Shown: in pieces, positions 9,080-18,284 of the stretch
Position numbering within the stretch: position 1 is the first letter of the stretch
Layout of the letters: each line of letters starts with the position of its first letter
NCBI GenBank assembly: GCA_011364965.1
Contig: RDOB01000001.1
Location: forward strand, 32,001 to 96,000
From: Candidatus Heimdallarchaeota archaeon
GTDB lineage: Archaea; Asgardarchaeota; Heimdallarchaeia; Hodarchaeales; Hodarchaeaceae
Length of the DNA stretch: 64,000 bases
Direction of reading: 5' to 3'
The notes under the pieces: model-generated
What the model saw: the letters and a program-made list of their open reading frames with translations, nothing else
The model's database searches: none
What the model was told of the DNA's origin: nothing
Position numbers and translations under genes: made by a program

Positions 9080-10828
9080 ATGCTTAAGCGGAAATTGAAA
9101 TCATGGTTGAAACTGGCTTCTGCTTCAAATGAACCTCTTACACTCCATGATTTCTCTGAAGCTAATATTGAAATTCTTGCAGATTTTTTAAGACATAAGA
9201 TTGGATCTAAGGAACTTAATGGAATTGTTACTCCTGATAATTCGTTTTATATACCAATGAAATATATAGACGCATTAATAACGAGTAGTTTAGAATCTAA
9301 TGGTACTATAGACATTTGTGATTTAATAGATGCTACCAATTTACCAGGAGAAATTTTAGAAAGCGTTATTCGTAGAAAAGTAAGCCAAATAGATGGATTC
9401 TTTGATGTAATAAATAGAAAATTCTTCACTAAAAAAGGCGCAAGACTAGAATTACTCAAATTGATCGGTAGTACTCTTTCTTTGGATTTAAATTATCTAT
9501 TGAATAGCCTTTATTGGACACAAGATTATCTTGAAGCAGTTTTAAATATGCTAACACAAAATGGCGAGTTTATAGGTTATATTGATCCTTTAAAACAGCG
9601 ATTATACAATTTCACGATTCTCAATTTCAGTTTAAATCAAGATTTTGATAGAAATCTCGAATCGATGAGAAAATTCATACAAACAAATTTTGATCTAAAT
9701 TCAGAGGTATCATTAAAAGATTTAGCAGGATTAACACGATTATCTGAAACTGAAATCAGAGATCTATTGAGAAAACATTGCAAAAATATCACTTTTTTGT
9801 TTTCCTCTGATTTCAAAAATATCTATAACGTATTAGAAATCTTTGGGTATGTATTAAGAGACATTCATGTTTATAATGAAATTCCTATTGAATTTTGGTT
9901 ACAAAGATTAGACATTGATAAAAACGATTTTATGACTTTCCTAAGGGTAATAAATCAGAGTTTGGGAGCTGAGCTTTCAGAAAAGGAATTAAAATCGAAC
10001 CCAATTGAAAATTGGTTCAATCAGGGTATAGATATCGAAGAATTAGCCCTGAAGCTACATTTGGAACCTTTACAACTGCTAACGGAGATCAAAAAATTCT
10101 CAGATCAACTAGGGTTGATTTTAATAACAGGGGAATTTAGAGATCCTTTTTTAATTAAAGGTATAGAGGAATTTGAGATTTTTTGCCAAGTTGATACATC
10201 TATTCATCACAATCCTCAATTATATTTTGAATGTCAAAATTGTCGACGAATAATGTGCTCAAATTGCCGTTCTTCAGGAAGCACACATGTCTGTCCGTTC
10301 TGTGGGAATATTTCAGCATTTATTATCGATCTTCCAAGGCATTGCCAAACCTGTGAGTTGAACTACACCCATTCATTTAATTTAGAGAGTACCGAAGAAT
10401 GTTATTTTTGTAAAAAAGGTCCCTTAAAATCTGGATGGATTGAAAAAAAGGAAATTTTGTACCCTGAAACAGAATTGGACCGAAAATTACTTGAATGGTT
10501 AAACACCGTAAGAAATGAAAGAATTCCTCTTCGTGAAATAATTTCGAACCTTGGAGCTCCTGATCGTGTAGTTATTGAACTACTAGAAACCCATATACTC
10601 TCTAGCAAGGTTAGTGGAAAGATTGATATTAAAGATCTAACTCTTAATAGGAAGGGAGAAAAAAAAGGTGTTTTATGTAGTATATGTGAAACTATACAAC
10701 CAGAGGGAAATGAGTATTATTGTAATTTCTGTAAAACCACTATTTGCATAAATTGCTACAATAAGATGAAATCCGTTGGAATGATTTCGTGCACGGAGTG
10801 TGGAAGCGAGTTGGTGAAATTTAACTAA
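9080..10828 (+). CDS. Winged-helix-repeat (UFL1/DDRGK1/PCI-like) protein with two RING-like zinc fingers; candidate E3 ligase
   Basis: Repeated WH units (LESNGTIDICDL..NLPGEILE; LEAVLNMLTQNGEFIGYID; SSKVSGKID); Cys clusters CQVD..CQNC..CSNC..CPFC, CQTC..CYFC and CSIC..CNFC..CINC..CTEC. Confidence 0.65.
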   Translation: MLKRKLKSWLKLASASNEPLTLHDFSEANIEILADFLRHKIGSKELNGIVTPDNSFYIPMKYIDALITSSLESNGTIDICDLIDATNLPGEILESVIRRKVSQIDGFFDVINRKFFTKKGARLELLKLIGSTLSLDLNYLLNSLYWTQDYLEAVLNMLTQNGEFIGYIDPLKQRLYNFTILNFSLNQDFDRNLESMRKFIQTNFDLNSEVSLKDLAGLTRLSETEIRDLLRKHCKNITFLFSSDFKNIYNVLEIFGYVLRDIHVYNEIPIEFWLQRLDIDKNDFMTFLRVINQSLGAELSEKELKSNPIENWFNQGIDIEELALKLHLEPLQLLTEIKKFSDQLGLILITGEFRDPFLIKGIEEFEIFCQVDTSIHHNPQLYFECQNCRRIMCSNCRSSGSTHVCPFCGNISAFIIDLPRHCQTCELNYTHSFNLESTEECYFCKKGPLKSGWIEKKEILYPETELDRKLLEWLNTVRNERIPLREIISNLGAPDRVVIELLETHILSSKVSGKIDIKDLTLNRKGEKKGVLCSICETIQPEGNEYYCNFCKTTICINCYNKMKSVGMISCTECGSELVKFN

Positions 10829-10832
10829 AATA

Positions 10833-11735
10833 TTACTCAGAGGTTTTAGATTTATATTGGGCAAGCTTTTGGGCATATTTATCCGATAATTCCTTATAAC
10901 TTTCTTCAGATAATTTCCCACTTAGAAACATCTCATCAGCTTGCTCCAACATATGTTCGTACTTAGAAATTTTAGCTGAAACGTCATCGAATGATTTTCG
11001 CTCCTCATCAAGTTCTCTTTGAGTTTCTAATACTTGTTTTTCAACCTCATATGCTAGTAGTGTTTGATATTCTTCAGGGACTTTAAAACCTCCAATTTCA
11101 AGACCCACTAATTCTAATCCCCAGCGAGATGTTTCTGGTGCCAGTTCGGATCTGGTCTGTATTGTTAAACTCCTTCTCTCCCTCAAAAGATCGGAAACGG
11201 TATAACGCGACATAATGTGTTTCACAGCTGCAATAATCGTTTGCTTTATCCAATTTCTTAACTCCTCACTTGTATAGTAGTGCTTATGTGAGACAACATT
11301 CATAATAAAGTTCCTTGGATTAACAACTCGTAATCTGGATATTCCATAGCATCCAATCATTATATTATCAATTGTATATACCCCAGGTGAACCCCACTTA
11401 ACTAGAAACTCTCCCTTGGTAATCCAAATGATTTCACCTCCAGGCCGTTTAGCTGTTTTGTCTAATTCATAAATTCCACTCCCAGCAACACCAACTAAGG
11501 CTCCTGATTGCAATAGGACAGCAGCTTCAAGCTCTTTAACGATAAATCCATCAAATTTTCGAAAACTATCGTACTCATCAGATTTTAATCTTGAAATAAG
11601 CGATTCTTGTCCGAATTCAGAGGAGAGAATAGTTTTTCCTTTAAACTTTTTCGTCCCGATATGCACTGTATCTCCAATTCGTTTGAATAAACCCCCAAAT
11701 TTTTCTGTTTCCGCCATTTGAGTTCCACCTACCAA
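10833..11735 (-). CDS. SPFH/band-7 domain protein with C-terminal coiled coil and SHOCT-like helix
   Basis: IVKELEAAVLLQSG..GIY, VKWG, WGLELVGLEIGGFKVPEE, GKLSEESY. Confidence 0.8.
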   Translation of the reverse strand: MVGGTQMAETEKFGGLFKRIGDTVHIGTKKFKGKTILSSEFGQESLISRLKSDEYDSFRKFDGFIVKELEAAVLLQSGALVGVAGSGIYELDKTAKRPGGEIIWITKGEFLVKWGSPGVYTIDNIMIGCYGISRLRVVNPRNFIMNVVSHKHYYTSEELRNWIKQTIIAAVKHIMSRYTVSDLLRERRSLTIQTRSELAPETSRWGLELVGLEIGGFKVPEEYQTLLAYEVEKQVLETQRELDEERKSFDDVSAKISKYEHMLEQADEMFLSGKLSEESYKELSDKYAQKLAQYKSKTSE

Positions 11736-12715
11736 TTATCGTCTCCATATATTCCTGGAAAGTAATACTGATCCCCTGTATCTAATGAGCTCACCTTTCG
11801 TGCGATTTTTTGATTTATCAAACTCTCCAACACTCTTGTTACTCTTTGGTGATCCCATTTTGTTTTGATCATGATTTCTTCAATTGTGACATAACCCTTG
11901 TTTACAGCTAAATTGAAGATCTTACTTGCATCATTAGTCAAAGAAACTGGTGTAAATTCTATTATTTTAACACCAGAACGCTTTGATATATCTTCAATTA
12001 GACCATCATCCTTTAAATTCTTACAAGATTTTTCTAAATCTTTAATTGAGAATTCCACATCTGGAACTTGGCTTTTCAACTTGGTGTATAAATTTGCAAG
12101 GGTAATATACCCACCTGAACTAGCTGGAAGTTTTTTACCCTGTTCGAGTATTAAATCCCCAAGAAATTCCTCGAATTTCCCTTTTCCAAATAATTTGGGC
12201 TTTTTACTTGCATCAAGCGCAGTTACAGTTAAAGAAAGTCCTTCTTTGCGAATTAACTCTTCCTCTAACTGCTTTATCCGCTTCTCATATTTTTTCTGTA
12301 AATCTTTAATGTTTTTTGTTGAAACTGAGGCACCATTGGCCAGTTTTTGCTGAACTTGAATGATTTCATCAAGCTGTTGGATTTGTTCATTAAGTTCCCG
12401 GAGTTCCCCCCGAACATCCAAATTTTCTTCTCCAAAATCAATAGATTCTGATAACTGAATACACTGGTCTGCTATTCTATCACAGATGATTGATGATAGT
12501 AATTGAGCAACACGGATTTCACCACTCATTTTTAAATTAGATTTGGTATTATCTGGATGAATAATATAATCAGGAATGGATTCACTTGCGTAACGGATCT
12601 CATCAAATTTTGATATAATCTTTAAGATTAGATCAGATGCACTCCTAGCATTAGAAGAAATACTGCTATTTAATGTTATTAATGAGTCACTAGCCTTAAG
12701 AAAGAATTCTTTCAT
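11729..12715 (-). CDS. ESCRT-II Vps22/Vps36 (EAP30)-like tandem winged-helix protein with N-terminal coiled coil
   Basis: GGYITLANL, TPVSLTNDASKIFNLA..KGYVT, KWDHQRVTRVLESL, QYYFPG match the Vps22/SNF8 C-terminal consensus. Confidence 0.85.
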   Translation of the reverse strand: MKEFFLKASDSLITLNSSISSNARSASDLILKIISKFDEIRYASESIPDYIIHPDNTKSNLKMSGEIRVAQLLSSIICDRIADQCIQLSESIDFGEENLDVRGELRELNEQIQQLDEIIQVQQKLANGASVSTKNIKDLQKKYEKRIKQLEEELIRKEGLSLTVTALDASKKPKLFGKGKFEEFLGDLILEQGKKLPASSGGYITLANLYTKLKSQVPDVEFSIKDLEKSCKNLKDDGLIEDISKRSGVKIIEFTPVSLTNDASKIFNLAVNKGYVTIEEIMIKTKWDHQRVTRVLESLINQKIARKVSSLDTGDQYYFPGIYGDDNW

Positions 12716-12990
12716 TAGTAATTTCCCCAGAATGAGAAGATACTTGATTTTAGAGGAGAATTCTATGTTCTACCTCTATTTGCATTTGCTACGTTTTCTG
12801 GCTTTTTAAAGTTTTATATGCGGGACTTGTTTAATTCCTTCTTAATGGTTTTTATGCTTTTTGGATTAGACTCCTATTAAATAATATGAATTGGTGCATT
12901 TATTTTTTTATTTTTGAGATAATATAGATTTTAAATTGCTATTGAGTTCGCACAGACCCTTAATTCAACCTGTTAATACTCATATAGAGT

Positions 12991-13488
12991 TTAGAGAGGA
13001 TCTTGGGAGACTTTTTTAGCCATTAGGTAAGCAGATTCGAAATCGCGATAATAATGACGAATTTCTTTCAAAATTTCATATCCTAAGGTTTTATAAAGAT
13101 TAACTGCTGCAGAATTAGATACTCGAACCTCAAGATATAGCTCAGTTGCCCCCTGTTGAATCATCGCTTCCATAGATTTTTTCAATAAATAAGTAGCAAT
13201 TCCTCGATGTCGAAATTTTGGTTTAACAGCGATACTTACTGTATGCCCCTTTTTAGCGCGATGAAATATTGAAAAATAACTCAAACCGCTTTCTAATCTT
13301 GCCATGGTGTATCCGACGATTTCAGATCCGATTTGACAGACTATAAAGGCAGAGGGTAGTTCTGCATAGATTGTTCGAAAAAAACGTTCAGGGTAATTCT
13401 CCGGAAGAGTTTGATGATTTATTTCCATAACTTGTTCAAGATCAGCTAATTCAAATTTCCTGATTACAATTGGAGATTGTTCCGTCAT
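12991..13488 (-). CDS. ard1: N-terminal acetyltransferase Ard1/Naa10 (RimI family)
   Basis: LPENY, KGHTVSIAV..RHRGIA, LEVRVSN.AA..LY, YYRD.ESAYLM. Confidence 0.92.
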   Translation of the reverse strand: MTEQSPIVIRKFELADLEQVMEINHQTLPENYPERFFRTIYAELPSAFIVCQIGSEIVGYTMARLESGLSYFSIFHRAKKGHTVSIAVKPKFRHRGIATYLLKKSMEAMIQQGATELYLEVRVSNSAAVNLYKTLGYEILKEIRHYYRDFESAYLMAKKVSQDPL

Positions 13489-13661
13489 AATAGTCCCTTT
13501 TCTTTCGCCAATTCTTTCATTCGTCTACGATAGCCAGCATATTTATCGTGTAAAGAAAATCTTGGAGGAGAAGCGTTCATAAACCTTTCATTACATTTTT
13601 CACAGACTGTACGGTCTGGATCAATAGTGTAACTACATTCACATTTCTTTAATAGACGCAT
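13485..13661 (-). CDS. nop10: H/ACA RNP protein Nop10 (58 aa, not in ORF track)
   Basis: Hand translation MRLLKKCECSYTI..CEKC..ASPPRFSLHDKYAGYRRRMK; conserved position after eIF2-alpha. Confidence 0.92.
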   Translation of the reverse strand: MRLLKKCECSYTIDPDRTVCEKCNERFMNASPPRFSLHDKYAGYRRRMKELAKEKGLL

Positions 13662-13684
13662 GAAAACCCCTGAAAATAATGAAT

Positions 13685-14470
13685 TTATATCCTTTCAAAT
13701 GACATTTCAGCTTGAAAAGGTTTGAATTTTTTAATAATTTGATCCTGTAAATCTTTCCAAAGAGATTCGGCCTTCTTCCAATCCTCACTTTCGATCGTAC
13801 AACGGTATTCGGGAGGTGAAATGATTTGCAATCCTATTTTTGAATTCATATGCTTTTTCTGAAAGTTCTTAAAATAAGACGAAAAAAAATCCCTAATTCT
13901 TACAGCTCCATCAGGTTCATAACATGTAAGTTTAATAGTTCCATGTAATTCAACTAGAGATGGTTCCAATTCTTTAATAGCTAATTGGTGAATCTCATTT
14001 GCAGCTTCCTTTTGTACCCCCTTATCAATTAGAAGCTTAGCTTCTTCCTCTCTTGCTCTTAGTAAACCCTCATAAATTGAACCAAAATTAGAAAGAAGAA
14101 TTTTCTCAACAGATTCAGTAGAGATTCCTACTTTTTCACAAGCGACTGCAACAATTCCGCGAGCACGATTCTCTTGTTTGAACTCATTTAACTTCTGTCG
14201 ACGTTGAGGTTCAGAGACCCGCCGAATTGACATATCGATTTCTCCCCTCTTTTCATCAATACGGAGTATTTTGGCCACAGCTTTTTGCCCTTCGCGGATA
14301 TGGCTTCTAATATTTCGAACCCAAGTTCGACTTAACTCCGAAATATGAACAAATCCTGCTTCAGAACCGAGGATTTCATAGTCAAATATTTCGAAATATG
14401 CTCCATGATCAGTTAATTTAGAGCACGTTCCTATTACTAACTCTCCAACTTCGGGGAACTTTGAATCCAT
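13685..14470 (-). CDS. eif2a: Translation initiation factor 2 alpha subunit
   Basis: FPEVGELVIG, S1 domain HISELSRTWVRNIR, IDMSIRRV, SPPEY. Confidence 0.95.
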   Translation of the reverse strand: MDSKFPEVGELVIGTCSKLTDHGAYFEIFDYEILGSEAGFVHISELSRTWVRNIRSHIREGQKAVAKILRIDEKRGEIDMSIRRVSEPQRRQKLNEFKQENRARGIVAVACEKVGISTESVEKILLSNFGSIYEGLLRAREEEAKLLIDKGVQKEAANEIHQLAIKELEPSLVELHGTIKLTCYEPDGAVRIRDFFSSYFKNFQKKHMNSKIGLQIISPPEYRCTIESEDWKKAESLWKDLQDQIIKKFKPFQAEMSFERI

Positions 14471-14483
14471 AGATTATCGCCTA

Positions 14484-14675
14484 TTACTGGTCTAAAACAT
14501 CAATTACTTCAGCATTGAGTCCAGCACGTCCAGATCGGGGCTCTGCTAAAACTTTTCCGCAAACACGGCACTCAACAATAGTGGTAGCATGAGTAAAAAC
14601 CTCTTGCACATTTCCACATTCGCATGTTACTTTTAAGAAATTTGAGCGGGGTTCAGGAATATACTTCTTTTTCAT
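14484..14675 (-). CDS. rps27e: 30S ribosomal protein S27e
   Basis: PRSNFLKVTCECGN..VFTHA..CRVCG..LAEP. Confidence 0.96.
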   Translation of the reverse strand: MKKKYIPEPRSNFLKVTCECGNVQEVFTHATTIVECRVCGKVLAEPRSGRAGLNAEVIDVLDQ

Positions 14676-15343
14676 TTTTGTTCACTTAAATTTAACTTTG
14701 CCTTATCTATTTCAACTAAACGGGCAACTAATTTCGCTATTAAAGCTTTAGCGTTCTCTTGGGGTAAGAAAGTTACATCAGTCTTCTTAAAGGGCCCATA
14801 TACATTATTATCCAATCCAACAAAACTCTCAACGTCCTCAAGGAACCGAATCATTATCTTTGGGGGAGAATCTATAAAATTCTCTTCAATATCCTCATTT
14901 ATTGTCGAATGTTCTATTGAATCAATGGACAATTCTATATTTGGAGAAATTTTTTCAAGATCTAAAATGTTTTCAGAATCATGGTACGGGTTCTCCAGAC
15001 CAAGGGCTTCTATTGAACGTTTAAGATTTGTGATTAGACGCTTCTCACCCCAAGTAAGTAGATTTTCACTAATTGGATTATTCGATAGAACTAGATCGGT
15101 AATTTTCCTTAAACGTATTCGAGCTAGATCTTTTCGCAGAAATTCTATCCTTTGTATCACCAATTCAGCGATTTCGGGCCATTCATTGGATGTAGAGTCA
15201 CTGTATAGTTTTGAAAGCTTCCCATCCAGAGATATATAAAGATCAGATGGTATTTCTAGTAATGAAGGACTTTCCCATTCTTGTTTCCACAATCTATAAA
15301 GCTCTTTATACTCCAAAGTCTTAATCCCATTCAAAAGAAACAA
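14672..15343 (-). CDS. GINS subunit (Gins15/Gins51 type); likely TTG start near 15316
   Basis: L.RIRLRKI helix, LTWGEK, C-terminal B domain IRFLEDVESFVGLD..YGPFKKTD..LPQENA; conserved position upstream of rps27e. Confidence 0.88.
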   Translation of the reverse strand: MFLLNGIKTLEYKELYRLWKQEWESPSLLEIPSDLYISLDGKLSKLYSDSTSNEWPEIAELVIQRIEFLRKDLARIRLRKITDLVLSNNPISENLLTWGEKRLITNLKRSIEALGLENPYHDSENILDLEKISPNIELSIDSIEHSTINEDIEENFIDSPPKIMIRFLEDVESFVGLDNNVYGPFKKTDVTFLPQENAKALIAKLVARLVEIDKAKLNLSEQK

Positions 15344-15735
15344 TAATAAAGATATTTATATTCCATTCTTTCATATACGAAGGCAATATGTCATAGAAAT
15401 GCCAAAGAAAAACAGAAATATTAAACTATATTAGCTAAATTAGCCTGTTTCTCAGAAGCTGAAAAATTTGATAAAATAAGTTGATAGGAATCTAAAATAA
15501 AGTAAATAAAGGGGATTCAAAGAATATTTCGTATTAATTTGTACTATTCAAGATAAATTATATTCTTTTACTTGTACGAGGCTTGGAAACCAGAATTGCA
15601 AAGAAAATGACTATTTTATGACAAGCTTTTTTATGATCTAATAGAATTGGAAAAGATGATAAATATGACAGAAAACAAGTAAAAACGACGTATATCCAAG
15701 CTTTATAGACTTCTTGTTGAAGTAATTCTTAGTAA

Positions 15736-15857
15736 GCCACTGTGGCTTAGTTTTTGTTTAGATAGCTTGAAAATTGAGCATCTAGCAAATAGAGCAACTC
15801 GGTTATAGCGCCTCCTTGGTAAGGAGGATGTCGGGGGTTCAAATCCCCCCAGTGGCT
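15736..15857 (+). tRNA. tRNA-Thr(GGT) with ~47-nt non-canonical D-loop intron (about 15751-15797)
   Basis: Acceptor GCCACTG/CAGTGGC, anticodon arm CCTCC-TTGGTAA-GGAGG, T arm GGGGG-TTCAAAT-CCCCC; removing the insert restores D-loop AGCTCGGTTA. Confidence 0.88.
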
Positions 15858-16077
15858 CTTTTTATCATGCATTATCATTTTTTTAAAAATGTAGATTTGT
15901 TCAAATTAGAATTGGTTCCGATTTTCCCACTAAATAACAAAATCTTAATATAGTAGAGCACTTTCTACCGATGTGTTTATCAAAATTTTCAATTCCAAAA
16001 TACCCTTGTGATTTTCTTCCTATCTTCTGAATGATTAGCATTATAAATTAAAGTTACAATATGGAGATTTCTTTCTA

Positions 16078-16905
16078 ATGATTTCTATTGACCTTACTAG
16101 TTTTTCAATTATATTTACTCTAGCGGTTCTTTTTATAGGTTCTTGGCAAGATATCCATTCTCGTGAAGTCACTGATTTGATTTGGTATATTTTAATTCTT
16201 GGAGGGATAATAATTCATTTGTTTCAAATAAGGGTTTTTCTAATATCTGAAATCCCACCTGATAGCTATATTGCCACATGGATTTCCAATATTGGGGTAG
16301 GAATTTTCCTTGTAGTCTTTTTGACGATATTTGGCCTTGGAGGGGAAGCTGATCGCATAGCTTTTCTAGTTTTGGCAATAATTTCTCCTATTAACCTTCC
16401 TATTTTTCAAGTTAATAATCCAAATTATTCCTTAATTTCTTCTGTTATTCCAAATATTCTGGGTACATTCTTTAACGCTTATTTCATTACCTTACCAGTT
16501 CCATTGATTATTTTTCTTTTTAATTTATTCAATCAAATCGCTAATCCTAAATTTTATAACTTTTCTCATGAATCGAAGCTATCTACCTTTTTTCTAAGAT
16601 TTATTGGTTATCCCAAGTCAACTGTTAACTTGGAAACATTATTAGAAAAGAATCCATGGCATTTTGACTTTCTTGAGGATTATAAAGAAGAATCGGGATG
16701 GTTTATATCGTATCGAATTCGATTAGACACCCCTGAAGAGGATCTAAAGCGAAAAAAACGTGTATTAAAAAAGATACAGGCAACGAATAAATCAGAAGTT
16801 TGGATTCAACCTACATTCCCTTTTATTCTCCTCATAACGCTGGGATACACCTTAAATGTATTTTGGGGGAATTTGATCTTCTTATTTGTAGCTTTATTAT
16901 TCTGA
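16078..16905 (+). CDS. Prepilin/prearchaellin peptidase (A24, PibD/FlaK-like)
   Basis: Multi-TM; SWQDIHSREV and GLGGEAD aspartate motifs; C-terminal VWIQPTFPFI. Confidence 0.85.
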   Translation: MISIDLTSFSIIFTLAVLFIGSWQDIHSREVTDLIWYILILGGIIIHLFQIRVFLISEIPPDSYIATWISNIGVGIFLVVFLTIFGLGGEADRIAFLVLAIISPINLPIFQVNNPNYSLISSVIPNILGTFFNAYFITLPVPLIIFLFNLFNQIANPKFYNFSHESKLSTFFLRFIGYPKSTVNLETLLEKNPWHFDFLEDYKEESGWFISYRIRLDTPEEDLKRKKRVLKKIQATNKSEVWIQPTFPFILLITLGYTLNVFWGNLIFLFVALLF

Positions 16906-17162
16906 TGATGTTATTAATTCGAATATCCCGAATTTATACCCGTATTTCAATGAATTTGAGTAAAAAGTTAATATTCTGGAGTAAATTTAATATTAATCAC
17001 ATAATTCGGGAGATAAGAGAATTTGTGTCAATAATAAATGCATATTCTAATTCGCTAAATTTATTAATATTCACTTAATATTTGGAATTGACAAGAAGAA
17101 AGAGAACGCTTTTCTTCACTTATTGAATTATTGCATTACTTTCACCACAGGAGCAACCTAGG

Positions 17163-17657
17163 TTGATTGATCCCAGAAGATTTGACACAGTTCTTAGTAA
17201 AATCATCAAGAGCGAGCCTGGTATAAAAAAAGTGATATTAGTTGATCGTACAGGCCTAACTATAGCTCATGTCTCAAAATTTAGTTACGTTTCAGTTGAT
17301 GTCGACGGAATTGGTGCAATTGCATCTGCTGTATTCATGGCTTCCGCAGAACAAGGCAATAATCTGACTATTGGAGGTCTTGACATAGTTACCTCTGAAT
17401 TTGATACAGGTAAGATTTTTGCGAGTGCTTGTGGAAGGGGAATTCTAACTATCATTTCCGACGCAGAAGTAAATATTGGAATGATTCGCTTATTGATGAG
17501 AAAAGCGAATGAAGAACTCAGCAGCATTTTAGACGAGTTTCTTGCAGGACAGCCGACACGAACGATAGTGGGACCTTCCTCTAGTTCTCCTGAAGTTAGA
17601 TCAAGCTTGGAAAAAGATGAATTAGAAGCAGCACTACGTGAACTTGAAAAATTCTAG
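17163..17657 (+). CDS. Roadblock/LC7 domain protein (MglB-like)
   Basis: LVDRTGLTIA..IGAIASA..VNIGMIRL; directly upstream of MglA-like GTPase. Confidence 0.88.
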   Translation: MIDPRRFDTVLSKIIKSEPGIKKVILVDRTGLTIAHVSKFSYVSVDVDGIGAIASAVFMASAEQGNNLTIGGLDIVTSEFDTGKIFASACGRGILTIISDAEVNIGMIRLLMRKANEELSSILDEFLAGQPTRTIVGPSSSSPEVRSSLEKDELEAALRELEKF

Positions 17658-17701
17658 CATTTCCTGTTATTTTATTTCCATTACAAAAGGAGCTTCCCCA
17701 T

Positions 17702-18283
17702 TTGCGAAAGGATGCTGAAGGTCGCCATAGATTCAAGATTGCTTTTTATGGCCCCTCCTTATCGGGTAAAACATCTACACTTGCTTGGTTATATAATAAA
17801 GTTGATGGACTGGAGAAAGGAAAATTTACACAGCTAGCTGATCCAACAGGAAGGACTCTATTTTTCGATTTTGTACCAATGCAGGCAACAACAGGAGTGG
17901 TTTTCGATGTTTATACTACAGCGGGACAGGAGAGACATAAACATCAGCGAAAAATCGTAATTCAAGGGGTTGATGGAATCATTTTCGTTGTAGATTCTAG
18001 TGCCTCTCAAATGGAAGAGAATCTAGAATCATTAGAGGAACTACGATCTCATCTTGGAGATCAATTAGGTAATTCGATTCCTATGGTTATTACGTTAAAT
18101 AAAAGAGACGTTCCAGACGCTTTATCAAGATCTGAGTTAATAGAAAAGTTGAATATTCACAATTACCCGATTTACGAAACAGTTGCTACAACAGGGATTG
18201 GAGTGAAAAGAGCGTTTCAATCCCTAGCAAGAGAAATATTAATGATCCAACTATATGGGACTAAAGAGGCTCAAATTAAGTAA
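17702..18283 (+). CDS. MglA-family small GTPase
   Basis: KIAFYGPSLSGKT, RTLFFDF (intrinsic Arg finger), YTTAGQ, NKRD, TVAT. Confidence 0.9.
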   Translation: MRKDAEGRHRFKIAFYGPSLSGKTSTLAWLYNKVDGLEKGKFTQLADPTGRTLFFDFVPMQATTGVVFDVYTTAGQERHKHQRKIVIQGVDGIIFVVDSSASQMEENLESLEELRSHLGDQLGNSIPMVITLNKRDVPDALSRSELIEKLNIHNYPIYETVATTGIGVKRAFQSLAREILMIQLYGTKEAQIK

Positions 18284-18284
18284 T

